Of a stretch of 64,000 nt of DNA, positions 19,679 to 29,453 are shown in pieces. A model generated the notes under the pieces. The model was not told the origin of the DNA, made no database searches, and was given only the letters and a program-made list of their open reading frames with translations. This stretch comes from Thermoplasmata archaeon. GTDB taxonomy: Archaea; Thermoplasmatota; Thermoplasmata; Thermoplasmatales; GCA-001856825. The position numbers were made by a program, and so were the translations under genes. Each line of letters opens with the position of its first letter. Within the stretch, counting starts at the first letter, position 1. Location of the stretch: NCBI GenBank assembly GCA_021792255.1, contig JAJYUZ010000002.1:160001-224000 (forward strand), given 5' to 3'.

Positions 19679-20093
19679 GAAGACGACTGGCAAGTACGAG
19701 TTTTCTGAGTCAGAAATATTAAACATTCTGTCGATAAGAGTAAGATATCTCACACCAGACCAAGTCAAGGAATTTCTGAGGATCGCAGTTGAACAGAGGT
19801 GTTTAAGGCTAACGGACGGGTTGTATTCTATAACGTGCTCGATAAACGGGATAGAACTGAGTCTAGATTACAAACCAAATTTCGATGCCATAGTGAACGA
19901 GACTAATGGAGAGGATGTTACCGAAACTGTGATAGCGTTGATCACAGAAAAGACCAGCCTGAGCAAGAGAGACGTCATTTCTGAAATTAACAAGATGAGG
20001 GAGAAGAATCCATTCCTGAGTACAAAGATAGCAGCACTTGTAGTTGCAAGACTAAAAGGACTGGATGTAGAAAAATTTCTCGCGCTTCCCTGA
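19641..20093 (+). CDS. DUF2240-like archaeal protein
   Basis: Size and pattern (LS....TPDQ.KEF...A, AALVVARLKGLDV). Confidence 0.7.
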   Translation: MVEEIRKLLLYLKKTTGKYEFSESEILNILSIRVRYLTPDQVKEFLRIAVEQRCLRLTDGLYSITCSINGIELSLDYKPNFDAIVNETNGEDVTETVIALITEKTSLSKRDVISEINKMREKNPFLSTKIAALVVARLKGLDVEKFLALP

Positions 20094-20825
20094 CTACTTC
20101 ACAAATTCCTGCGGGTCCTTGTTCAGATAGGAAGCGTATTTTGTCGCCAGATCATACTGGTCCAGTTCCATCGCTATGTCTGAGGCAGCGTCGAATATTT
20201 CAGAGTAGTTGGTAACGGCACGGATCCTCTCTTCTTTCCTCTTGAGTTTGGCTCCTTCTCCAAGAATCTTCTTAATTACCTTGTCTAGAACCTTGAGAGG
20301 CTCTTCTCCCCCCTTCTCCTCAACCAGTAGGTAAGAGTAGTTGACTGCGGCCTGTGCCAGCATGTCAAGATTGTTTGAACTTTCTGCGTCCTGAAGAGCT
20401 TTCTCGAACAGAGTGGATGCCTCGCTGAAATCATCAAGAATTGTTGCCAGTGAAATCATGGAGTAAATGGCCTCGTTCTTGTCGCTGAGCTTTTGGTATA
20501 TTTCCAATGCCTTCCTTCCATAGTCCACTGCCTTCTTGCCATCGTCGAGTATCAATATCTGAGATAGGAGAAGATTTGCCTCCGCTACCCTCTTCTGATC
20601 ACTCTTTTCTGAAGAGAGCTTCAGAGCCTCTTCGGCATACTGTTTGGCCATTTCAGAATTTGGAACTTCCTGGTAGAGAAAGCACTCTGACTTAATCCTC
20701 AGTAGGTCCGTTTTTGACAAAACGTCTTGAATGGAATTGATGTTTTCGTCTATGTACTTGATGCACTCCTTAAGGTCTCCGTTGTCTTCAAGCTGTCTTG
20801 CTTTCTCAATGATTTCGTTATCCAT
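20094..20825 (-). CDS. TPR-like helical repeat protein
   Basis: Repeated A..Y..KAL helical units. Confidence 0.7.
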   Translation of the reverse strand: MDNEIIEKARQLEDNGDLKECIKYIDENINSIQDVLSKTDLLRIKSECFLYQEVPNSEMAKQYAEEALKLSSEKSDQKRVAEANLLLSQILILDDGKKAVDYGRKALEIYQKLSDKNEAIYSMISLATILDDFSEASTLFEKALQDAESSNNLDMLAQAAVNYSYLLVEEKGGEEPLKVLDKVIKKILGEGAKLKRKEERIRAVTNYSEIFDAASDIAMELDQYDLATKYASYLNKDPQEFVK

Positions 20826-21480
20826 TTCCGTTCTCCTTCATACAACTTTTTAGGGATTTAACATTTTCCTCAACGTTTCCCGAGAAGATAGCAGAAGCAC
20901 TGACAATGATGTCAGGGCCCAAAGCTGCAATACGCGAAATGTTGTCTCTATTTATTCCTCCATCTACACCAATCAGAAAATCCAGGTTCGTTCTTTGTCG
21001 GTATTCTACTAGGAGTGGAATTTTTTTAGATGCATCCTCTATCAGACTCTGTCCCGAAAATCCGGGTTCGACAGTCATTACCAGTACATATTTCACAGCA
21101 GGAAGTAACGCTTCAATGTTTGAAACAGATGTTTTAGGATTTATCGAAATTCCCGGCATGGATCCCAGTCTTTCTATTTCCTTTAATACTCTCATCGTCT
21201 GTACTGGAGCTTCATAGTGTATCGTAACTAACTTTGAGAACGAGCAGTACCTTTCGAGGTACATGTTCGGGTTATCTACCATCATGTGGCTTTCAATATC
21301 TGCGTCAAATTTTTTCTTTATTGCGTCTCCAAAGGGAATGCCCATCGTAAGGTTAGGAACAAAGTGGCCATCCATTACGTCTAGATGAATCCACTTTACC
21401 CCAGATTGGACCGCCTTTTTTATGTCTCTTTCAAGATTCAAGAGATCTGCGGCAAGTATCGAAGCAGACAACTCAGCCAT
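20818..21480 (-). CDS. rpe: Ribulose-phosphate 3-epimerase
   Basis: SILAAD, HLDVMDGHFVPNLT, MTVEPGFSGQ, VDGGIN. Confidence 0.96.
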   Translation of the reverse strand: MAELSASILAADLLNLERDIKKAVQSGVKWIHLDVMDGHFVPNLTMGIPFGDAIKKKFDADIESHMMVDNPNMYLERYCSFSKLVTIHYEAPVQTMRVLKEIERLGSMPGISINPKTSVSNIEALLPAVKYVLVMTVEPGFSGQSLIEDASKKIPLLVEYRQRTNLDFLIGVDGGINRDNISRIAALGPDIIVSASAIFSGNVEENVKSLKSCMKENGNG

Positions 21481-21571
21481 ATTCCTCAGAGTAGATTGTT
21501 TACGTGCCTAAAAAATATTTGATTTGGTGCCTCACACAAAATTGCTAAATACCTTTTAAAAATCGACTATA

Positions 21572-22036
21572 ATGAAAGGGGAATACGATTCTCTTGACAT
21601 AAGAATCCTCAACGTATTACGAGAAGACGCTACGGTTGGATACAACGAAATATCGAGGAAGGTCAAATCTCCTGCTACGACAATCTTCCAGAGAGTCAAG
21701 AGGATGAAGGACCGAGAAATAATCAAGAAAATGGTCCCACTCATTGATCACGATAAACTCGATTACAAATTGACTGCATTCGTAACGGTTTCCATCAGTG
21801 ACATAAAAGAGCTAGATAGGATCGCAAAAGAGCTCTCAAGATTCGATGAGGTTCTGGAAGTACATCACACCTCTGGTGAGAGCGATCTTCTTCTCAAGAT
21901 AAAGATCAGAGACAGTGGCGAGCTAAAGGACTTCGAAGTCGAAAAGGTCGGAGCAATAAAAGGAATAAGGGCCGTAGGGACGACTCTGAGTTTAGGAATA
22001 TTCAAGGAAGAGTTTTCAGTAAAACTGCGTGCTTAG
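21572..22036 (+). CDS. Lrp/AsnC family transcriptional regulator
   Basis: DSLDIRIL HTH region; SGESDLLLK RAM domain. Confidence 0.92.
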   Translation: MKGEYDSLDIRILNVLREDATVGYNEISRKVKSPATTIFQRVKRMKDREIIKKMVPLIDHDKLDYKLTAFVTVSISDIKELDRIAKELSRFDEVLEVHHTSGESDLLLKIKIRDSGELKDFEVEKVGAIKGIRAVGTTLSLGIFKEEFSVKLRA

Positions 22037-22876
22037 ATGATCGAAATACTTGGAATAAGCAAGAAGTACGATAGGCGCACCTATGCGCTCAACGAGATCA
22101 ACGCATCTCTGAAGGAAAGAGTTACAACCGTCATTGGAAGAAACGGAGCTGGGAAGACAACACTAATTCGCATTCTCTCAACTCAGTTAACTCCTACCTC
22201 AGGAACCGCAGTAATTGAAGGTTTGGACATTCTTAAGGAAACGAAAAAAGTGAGACAAATAATAAGCAGCATCCCTCAGGAGTCACAACTCATCGGTATT
22301 CTCTCTCCTCTGGAACAAATGCAACTCTACCTGATGGCAAGGGGATTTTCTTCTTCTCAGGCGAAGGAAGAATCGAAATATGCACTGGATGAACTGGAGA
22401 TGTATGCATACAGAAATGCACCATCGGACACCCTATCGGGCGGAATGAAGAGGAAAGTGTTTGTGGCGATGGCCCTTGCTTCTAAAGCACCGATAATATT
22501 TCTCGATGAACCGACAACTGGTCTCGATCCTCTGTCTAGAATAGAAGTATGGTCAGCAATCAAGAGGCTATCCTCAAAAATTATTCTCACGACTCACTAT
22601 ATGGAAGAAGCGCAGGAACTTTCGAACGAGGTCATGGTGATCGACCAGGGCAATATTATGACTCACGGAACCATCGAAAGTCTCCTTTCAGCATTCAACG
22701 GCATGATGAGGGCAGAAAAACTGGATGGAGCAGAGTACGACATAAAAATTGCCAACGTGGCAATCAAGTATATCGGAAAGGAGAGAGTTGACGAGTTTGT
22801 CAAGAAGGGCTACGATATCAAGAGGGTAAATCTCGACGATATCTTTCTGTCAAGGGGGGAAATACTTGAATCCTAA
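22037..22876 (+). CDS. ABC transporter ATP-binding protein (exporter type)
   Basis: GRNGAGKT, LSGGM, LDEPTTGLD, TTHYMEEA. Confidence 0.95.
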   Translation: MIEILGISKKYDRRTYALNEINASLKERVTTVIGRNGAGKTTLIRILSTQLTPTSGTAVIEGLDILKETKKVRQIISSIPQESQLIGILSPLEQMQLYLMARGFSSSQAKEESKYALDELEMYAYRNAPSDTLSGGMKRKVFVAMALASKAPIIFLDEPTTGLDPLSRIEVWSAIKRLSSKIILTTHYMEEAQELSNEVMVIDQGNIMTHGTIESLLSAFNGMMRAEKLDGAEYDIKIANVAIKYIGKERVDEFVKKGYDIKRVNLDDIFLSRGEILES

Positions 22877-23585
22877 ATTCATACTTTATTTCGCTTGGTA
22901 TTATGGATTCTATGTCATTCTGAGGGGGGCCTCTTATCTACTTGCATCTCTTTCACTTCCCCTTGCTCTCCTGTTCATGGTCACGATCTTCACTCACGGA
23001 ACCTTGATAGCTTTCGCAATCGCGGGTGGCCCAATAGCAATAGTCGCTGCCAACAGCATTAACGGAGCTGGGGATGCAGCTTTCTTCAGGATCCAGATAA
23101 GGATTCAGGACTTGTTCGTCGCAACAAGCATCACTTCTCAGGATTACATGTTTGCCCTTTCGATGAGCTATCTGGTATTCTCACTTCCGGGCATCGTTCT
23201 GTATGCGATTCTTGGGGCTTATTTCAAAGTATTCTCTCTTTCTTCACTTCTTCCAATCGTCGGAGTTCTAGTGCTCTTGACTCTCACTATTTCGAACCTT
23301 TCATTCATCATCGCAGGTCTGCTGAAGCACATCAGAAACGTCTGGGGAATTACTGCAATACTTTCTATCATAATGACAGTTCTTCCTCCAACGTTCTACC
23401 CCTATACCTTCCTCCCCCAAGGGGTGATCTATATCCTCTCCGTTTCGCCGGTCACTCCGGCTGCAGTACTAATCCAAGGGATAGTTGGACTTGAGCCAAT
23501 GCAGTTTTCGATGATTTTCATCCTTTTCACAGAGACCATACTATTCACCCTTCTTGGAAGAAAATTTATACGTTGGAGGGAATAG
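22866..23585 (+). CDS. ABC-2 type permease
   Basis: About six TM segments, FYP motif, coupled to the ATPase gene. Confidence 0.85.
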   Translation: MNPKFILYFAWYYGFYVILRGASYLLASLSLPLALLFMVTIFTHGTLIAFAIAGGPIAIVAANSINGAGDAAFFRIQIRIQDLFVATSITSQDYMFALSMSYLVFSLPGIVLYAILGAYFKVFSLSSLLPIVGVLVLLTLTISNLSFIIAGLLKHIRNVWGITAILSIIMTVLPPTFYPYTFLPQGVIYILSVSPVTPAAVLIQGIVGLEPMQFSMIFILFTETILFTLLGRKFIRWRE

Positions 23586-23631
23586 TATCTTTAGAAAAGA
23601 ATGTACAGAAACTGCCTAGATGTCGATGAAA

Positions 23632-24082
23632 ATGACTAATTTTGAAGAGATAGAGGAGATCCACTCTATATTTGTGCTAAACTCGAAGGAAAGGCAGAAT
23701 GGGCAGTAGATGGGAGCACTGCTCTCAGGCTATACGGGATGAAAGTAGAACCACACGATTTAGATGCCCTTACTGACAAGGCTGGAGCGGAGAAGATTGC
23801 CCACATTCTTAGAGAGTATATGGAAAAACCTTTAAGCTATGGGGAGACGCAGAAATACAGGTCACACCTTTGTGTTCTCAAAGTAAGAGGAGTTAAAGTT
23901 GAGATTATGGGTGACCTTCAATCGTACAGAAATGGAAAGTGGACAGAAATCCAGAATCCTCGATCGACAGGTATTAAGTTCGTGTCTCTCCGGGAAGAGA
24001 AATTCCGGTAGTGCCGTTAGAGTACCTGAAATCCACTGGTTATTTCAAGGAAAGATTGTCCCGTGAAAAACTTAAACGATAA
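23632..24082 (+). pseudogene. Nucleotidyltransferase-fold protein with two frameshifts
   Basis: ATG 23632 gives MTNFEEIEEI; after a shift, LYICAKLEGKAEWAVDGSTALRLYG..PHDLD (GS..DxD); after a second shift near 23990, GREIPVVPLEYLK...KLKR* ending at 24082. Confidence 0.75.
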
Positions 24083-24109
24083 GTTTATCTTAAAAAGTTG
24101 ATAAGTAGC

Positions 24110-24418
24110 ATGCCGGGCTGGCCAGGAGGGTAGGCGTCTCTTGTTACCCGAAACCGTCTATACGCGGGGGCGACAGCCGATATAGAAGGCAACCTTGAGG
24201 ATGTGAACCCTTGATGTTCGGCGAAACTCTGTCCCATCAGATCTAGGTTGTATACATCTCACCCGGAGGGGAGAGGGGTATGCGTCATCACGGGAATCCG
24301 CCAGGACCGGAAGGGAGCAACGGTTACGTGGACCGCAGATGCCGGTGGGGGAACGGAGCGGAGGACTGACGGGGCAGCCGCATCTTTCAATCGCCCTTTG
24401 GTGTCGGTGGCCCGGCAT
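24110..24418 (+). ncRNA. ffs: Archaeal SRP (7S) RNA
   Basis: Terminal helix ATGCCGGGC/GCCCGGCAT, about 310 nt, helix 6 with GGAG loop, helix 8 motif GCCAGGACCGGAAGGGAGCAACGG; AT-rich promoter upstream. Confidence 0.95.
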
Positions 24419-24568
24419 CTGACATTTGCAGAGGCTCGATGGTTTTAATATTCAACGAAAGGATGTAATGAGCGTACGTGAATGTTCAACAAGAGAGCGT
24501 GAACGTAAGCATTCTGAAGGCCGACAAAACAAGCTTAATTATTAATATTCATAGAAAATTAAGACACG

Positions 24569-25672
24569 TTGAGAGATAAAAAGACGATTCACGACTCTAT
24601 CTACGGCTCAATAGAACTCGACGAAAGCGTAGCAAGCATAGCTGAGACAAAAGAGTTCCAGAGGATGAATACTATCAAGCAGCTGGGTTTCACCTACCTC
24701 GTCTTCCCTGGAGCAACTCATACTCGTTTTGAACACTCTCTGGGTACCTATTATCTTGCCAAGGAAGCCTCAGGCAGGCTTGGACTGAAGGGGAAAGATG
24801 CCACCGATGTCTCCCTTGCCGGTCTGCTCCACGACATTGGACACTCGCCATTTTCACACTCCTTGGAAGAAGCAATGGGCAAGCTGTACGGAAAGGATCA
24901 TTTAGACGTTACCATTGACATCATAGAAGGCAAGACCCCGGAAAACGAACTGAGCGATATCTTAGGGAGTCATAAGAAGAGTGTTGTTGAAATATTGAAA
25001 GGAAGGAAGGGAGTTCTAAGCAGACTGATTTCAGGAAATGGAGATGTCGACCAGATTGACTATCTTGCAAGAGATTCGTACTACACTGGTGTGGCGCTTG
25101 GCGCAGTAGACATTCCAAGAATATTGAGGGTCCTGTCCATCTATGACGGAGAGTTCTGTGTCGCAGAAAAGGGGCTTCCAGCCGTGGAGGGGCTGATGGT
25201 CGCAAGAATGTTGATGTACAGGACGGTCTACAGACACAAGACTGCATTGATCACTTCTTCTCTCGCAAACGATGCTCTAGAACTCGTAAATCCCGACTAT
25301 GAAGAATTCGTGGGATGGAATGACTGCGATTTCATGACCGAACTGAAGAGGAAGAGTCTAAAGACGTATGAAGCCATAAAACACAGAAGGATTCCGAAGG
25401 GTGTAGTAGTAAAGGAAGAGGAAACGAAATTCAGAGAACTTGTCGAAAAGTTAGAGGGAAATATTCTTTCATTCCAATATTTTAAGTCACCGTTCAAGAA
25501 AGAGGTTCTCAGTGTTCTAACAGACGATGGAATCAGTCCCATTACAAAATTCTCTTCAATAATGTTATTCTTAGAAAGAGAGTTAGAGGGAGTGGGTTTG
25601 ATCGTCTTTGAAAATGACAAAGAGAAGAAGATCAAGGATCTACTAGGGAAACGGAACATTCCTTTTCAATAG
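24569..25672 (+). CDS. HD-domain phosphohydrolase (dNTP triphosphohydrolase-like)
   Basis: IKQLG, HTRFEHSLG, LLHDIGH.PFSH, DVDQIDYLARD. Confidence 0.92.
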   Translation: MRDKKTIHDSIYGSIELDESVASIAETKEFQRMNTIKQLGFTYLVFPGATHTRFEHSLGTYYLAKEASGRLGLKGKDATDVSLAGLLHDIGHSPFSHSLEEAMGKLYGKDHLDVTIDIIEGKTPENELSDILGSHKKSVVEILKGRKGVLSRLISGNGDVDQIDYLARDSYYTGVALGAVDIPRILRVLSIYDGEFCVAEKGLPAVEGLMVARMLMYRTVYRHKTALITSSLANDALELVNPDYEEFVGWNDCDFMTELKRKSLKTYEAIKHRRIPKGVVVKEEETKFRELVEKLEGNILSFQYFKSPFKKEVLSVLTDDGISPITKFSSIMLFLERELEGVGLIVFENDKEKKIKDLLGKRNIPFQ

Positions 25673-25704
25673 CAAAGAATTATAGAATATCATCATTTAT
25701 TAGT

Positions 25705-26265
25705 ATGCTTCAGGCTGTAGGTAAAAGAGCTATGGATTTTGTAAAGAGAGATCCCCTTACCTACAGCTCGTTTCCCGACAAGGAAATGTATCTAAGCTTT
25801 CTGCCAGAGATTTCGGGCGGGGAAGAAAATTCGCTGATCGAATCAATGAACAATTTCCTGATTCTTCTGTTCCCGATGGGAGTCGAGTTTGCTGAGAACG
25901 TCGTGCAGAGTCAGGCCATCCTAAACAGAATGGAGAGAAGGCATTCTAAGATAGTCTTACTGGACGACGAGATGAGAAAATTTCCGAACTACGCCTTTTC
26001 AAAATTAATTGAATTCAGGGACCATCTCATCTATCTCCTCTACATGGCATATTCACAAAAACAATCTCTTTTCCTCGGAAGGGACGCGTTAGGAATGAGC
26101 TATGCAAAGATCAAGTACGACCCCTTTTCCACCATAGAAACGGTGAGGGGAAATCCTTGGTACACACCTGGAAAGGAGGAAGTCTTTTCGTTTTCTAAAT
26201 ACGAATCGGGGCACATCGTAACCCCTGACCTAGGGGAAGTATTTGCAGTTACGTTCAAAGAATGA
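25705..26265 (+). CDS. Hypothetical protein
   Basis: 186-aa ORF filling the gap, with an AT-rich promoter-like upstream region. Confidence 0.7.
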   Translation: MLQAVGKRAMDFVKRDPLTYSSFPDKEMYLSFLPEISGGEENSLIESMNNFLILLFPMGVEFAENVVQSQAILNRMERRHSKIVLLDDEMRKFPNYAFSKLIEFRDHLIYLLYMAYSQKQSLFLGRDALGMSYAKIKYDPFSTIETVRGNPWYTPGKEEVFSFSKYESGHIVTPDLGEVFAVTFKE

Positions 26266-26323
26266 AATATTAAGATTAGAAGAATCGGAGAAAATTAGAT
26301 TAATTAATTAAGTTTCAGGACGT

Positions 26324-27400
26324 ATGGACGTAGAGAAGCTGTTTGATCTTAACCAGAATATCGAAGGAATCCTTATTTACAACAACGGCGAATCGTGTAA
26401 CGACCCATCGTTCTTTTATTTTACACAACTAACAAGAGGACTGTTCGAGGGTTCGTACGTATTTCTTACTCGCAGGAATCTGAAAGTCATAACTACTCAG
26501 CTCGAGGAAGAGACCGCGAGATCTGAGGATCTCGACGTTGAAGTTTTCTCCTCTGGAAAACAGAGAGATGAACTGCTCAGGGAAGTCACCAAAGGAATAA
26601 CTTTTCTGGGGATCAACTACTCAGGGCTTTCCCACGCAGATTATCTATCTTTAAAGGACAGGTTACAGAACAAGGAGCTGGTAGATGTAGGAGAATCCAT
26701 CTCCAGCCTGAGACAGATAAAATCAGAACGGGAGATTTCTAAATTGAAAGAAGCCGCTAGAATCGTTTCACAGGTGGGGAAGGACATACCAGGAATGCTT
26801 AAAGAAGGCATGACGGAAGGAGAACTAGCGTCAAAAGTAAATTATGAAATGATGAGGAACGGTGCTTCTGCTCCCAGTTTTGATACAATCGCTGCATTTG
26901 GTCCAGATTCGGCAGAACCCCATTTTTCTGGTGGAAATCGCAAGCTGAAGAAGGGAGATGTTGTACTTGTTGACTTTGGAGCAAAATATCAGAGATACTG
27001 CTCCGACATGACGAGAACGTACTTCTTCGGTAAGCCTGACAGAGAAATGCAGGACATGTATGAAACCGTGCTCAGAGCACAGGAAATGGGTATCAAGGCC
27101 GTTAGGAGTGGAGAAAACGGAAAGACCGTAGATGGAGCGTCTAGAGACGTCATAGACTCATCCAAATTTAAGGGAAGATTCATACACGGACTCGGACACG
27201 GAGTTGGACTGAACGTTCACGATCATCCCGCACTCAGTCCACTTAACGACTTCTTCCTGAAGGAAAATATGGTGGTGACGGTTGAACCCGGAGTGTACAT
27301 CCCAAAGAAAGGTGGGGTCAGGATAGAGGACGATGTCGTTGTCACCAAAGACGGTTGCCAGGTCATCACTACAGCTCCTAAAGAACTACAAATAATATGA
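26324..27400 (+). CDS. pepQ: Xaa-Pro dipeptidase (M24 family)
   Basis: DFGA...YCSDMTRT, HGLGHGVG..HD, VEPGVY, GVRIED. Confidence 0.93.
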   Translation: MDVEKLFDLNQNIEGILIYNNGESCNDPSFFYFTQLTRGLFEGSYVFLTRRNLKVITTQLEEETARSEDLDVEVFSSGKQRDELLREVTKGITFLGINYSGLSHADYLSLKDRLQNKELVDVGESISSLRQIKSEREISKLKEAARIVSQVGKDIPGMLKEGMTEGELASKVNYEMMRNGASAPSFDTIAAFGPDSAEPHFSGGNRKLKKGDVVLVDFGAKYQRYCSDMTRTYFFGKPDREMQDMYETVLRAQEMGIKAVRSGENGKTVDGASRDVIDSSKFKGRFIHGLGHGVGLNVHDHPALSPLNDFFLKENMVVTVEPGVYIPKKGGVRIEDDVVVTKDGCQVITTAPKELQII

Positions 27401-28434
27401 AGGAAGATGTCATAGAGAAGTATCCATTCCTCAGGAGAGGGCTCATTCAGTACCTTGGAGAAGGAATATCGGTCAAATCTTTCCTGGAAGAAAACGAATA
27501 CTTCCTTCAGAAGTCGGCAGCCTTGCTCTACAGCATTATGAACGGGGAAGAAGTGTCATTTCCTATCAACGGGGAAGAGCGGGTCAAGAATTACATCATA
27601 ACGAAAATTATCCTCACTTACATCCGCGATTATTTCATCTCCGCAAGGTATGCGATAAAAGAGAGAAAGGTGCTATATGATACTCTGGAAAAGGAGTCAG
27701 ATATACGAAACCTCAAATCTGTGTCTCACGAACTGAATGTGGAAATCGAAAAGCAGGATGACAGATATCTGATACCCATTCCATCGTTTTTGAGGAATGC
27801 AGTTGTATTCAATGACAAGGAACTCAAACTCTGCAATCAGGAGCTGAGAGAAGGGAACGTCGTCGCATCAAAGCACGTTCTCTCAAAAATAATCAGGGAG
27901 GCATTCTACAGAAAATACATGACTGAAGTGAATGAGGTCGTGGAATTTCCACCTGATGTAGACAGGATGCTAAAGCCATACGTGAGTGAAGTTGTATCAA
28001 AAGGAAGAGAGATAAGACAGGAACTGGCAAATATGGGACCTCTCAATGAAAAATCCTTCCCACCCTGTCTCGCAGAGATAATAGATCAGATGAAGAAAGG
28101 CGCAAACGTTTCCCACGCCGGACGCTTCTTTCTCGTTACTTTTCTTCACAGAATTGGCCTGCCAAACGATGAGATCTATAAGTATTTTGGAGAAGTTCCG
28201 GATTTTGCGGAAAGGATTACCAGGTACCAGATAGAACACATTACAGGAACTGGGCGCGGTAGGGAATACAGTGTACCATCCTGTCAGACCCTCGGATCTC
28301 TCGGATTGTGTTACAAGGAGAGGGATCCACTCTGCAGTTCTGGGAAGATATCACACCCTCTTAGTTTCTATCGGACCAGGAATTTAGGTAATAGACCTGT
28401 AAGCAAGTCTGGCCCTGTAAAAAGAGTTGATTAG
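27397..28434 (+). CDS. priL: DNA primase large subunit
   Basis: KYPFL, FPPC, HAGRF, TRYQIEHI, Y.VPSC..L..LGLC, HPL. Confidence 0.92.
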   Translation: MKEDVIEKYPFLRRGLIQYLGEGISVKSFLEENEYFLQKSAALLYSIMNGEEVSFPINGEERVKNYIITKIILTYIRDYFISARYAIKERKVLYDTLEKESDIRNLKSVSHELNVEIEKQDDRYLIPIPSFLRNAVVFNDKELKLCNQELREGNVVASKHVLSKIIREAFYRKYMTEVNEVVEFPPDVDRMLKPYVSEVVSKGREIRQELANMGPLNEKSFPPCLAEIIDQMKKGANVSHAGRFFLVTFLHRIGLPNDEIYKYFGEVPDFAERITRYQIEHITGTGRGREYSVPSCQTLGSLGLCYKERDPLCSSGKISHPLSFYRTRNLGNRPVSKSGPVKRVD

Positions 28435-28977
28435 CCCCGATACCCCTAGGAACAGCAATGCCCAAGATGTGATGTAAAATCCAAACAATGTGATTCCGGT
28501 CGTAAAAATTTGCACTATGATCACTATCATGATAATGACCAATCTATCTGCGCGTCCAGGAAATCCTGCGTATATCCTGTTCAAACCGACTGCTTGTGAT
28601 TGTGTTCCGACATAACTGCTGAGGAAGGTACCTGCTATGGCAATTATTCCAAAATATAAATTGCCAAACAAGCTGACCGTCATTCCGAATAGTATGATGA
28701 AATCGGAATATCTGTCCAAGAGGTGATCTAAGAAGTCACCCTTTTTTGATTCCTTCTTGAATTTCCTGGCTATCGCACCATCTAAAGCATCGAAGTATGA
28801 TGAACTTCCCAGCAGAACAAATGAAATTATCAGGTACCCATAATAGTATGAAACAGCAAACAGAATTGCCAGGAGGAAGGAGATTATGGTGATAGAGTTG
28901 GGATTAACGCCTTTAAGTCTCGATGCCACTCCATCAATCAGGAAACCTGCTCTGCTCCTCATCTTATCTAGTACCAA
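28384..28977 (-). CDS. CDP-alcohol phosphatidyltransferase (archaetidylinositol-phosphate synthase-like)
   Basis: PNSIT and DALDGAIAR...GDFLDHLLDRYSD signature. Confidence 0.92.
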   Translation of the reverse strand: MVLDKMRSRAGFLIDGVASRLKGVNPNSITIISFLLAILFAVSYYYGYLIISFVLLGSSSYFDALDGAIARKFKKESKKGDFLDHLLDRYSDFIILFGMTVSLFGNLYFGIIAIAGTFLSSYVGTQSQAVGLNRIYAGFPGRADRLVIIMIVIIVQIFTTGITLFGFYITSWALLFLGVSGLINSFYRARLAYRSIT

Positions 28978-29453
28978 TTTAATATCTCCTCGGTCAGGTC
29001 GATTTTCACCCTCTTAGAATCTTTCCCTTTAATTACATTTTCTATAAAGTCTGCCGTCTCCTCCAAACTAGTATTCAATATTTCTGCGGTTTTTCCAGGA
29101 TGGAGTCTTTCCGCCTCTACTCCAATAAGGTCTATCGCCTCGCTCTCAACGTTGTCCATGATTTTTGAATTCGAATACCCCCTCTTCTTCAATCTTTCTT
29201 CCAGTTCTTTCAGATGAGACCTAATCACCACCACGGTTTCGCAGTCCGCATAGTGTGAAAGATGTCCAAAGTAGATTCCATCCTTTCTGATTTTCCTCAG
29301 GCACTTTTCATCAACAATCTTTTCTCCGTCTTTGATCTCAACAACACATTCACCAATCAAGTTATCGAACTCCAGTGCCTTATAACCTCTATCACTAATC
29401 TCACTCATTACTGTCGACTTTCCGACACCAGGAGTGCCCGTTATGCAGATCAT
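28968..29453 (-). CDS. AK6/Fap7-type adenylate kinase
   Basis: ITGTPGVGKST, GHLSH, RLKKRGY..KI.DNVESE. Confidence 0.9.
   Translation of the reverse strand: MICITGTPGVGKSTVMSEISDRGYKALEFDNLIGECVVEIKDGEKIVDEKCLRKIRKDGIYFGHLSHYADCETVVVIRSHLKELEERLKKRGYSNSKIMDNVESEAIDLIGVEAERLHPGKTAEILNTSLEETADFIENVIKGKDSKRVKIDLTEEILNWY

Noticed and set aside
24158-24448. Track ORFs of 86 and 66 aa
   Set aside because: Shadows of the GC-rich SRP RNA.
24460-24520. Possible C/D box sRNA (GTAATGA...CTGA)
   Set aside because: Box C is imperfect, C'/D' are not convincing, and no target was recognised.
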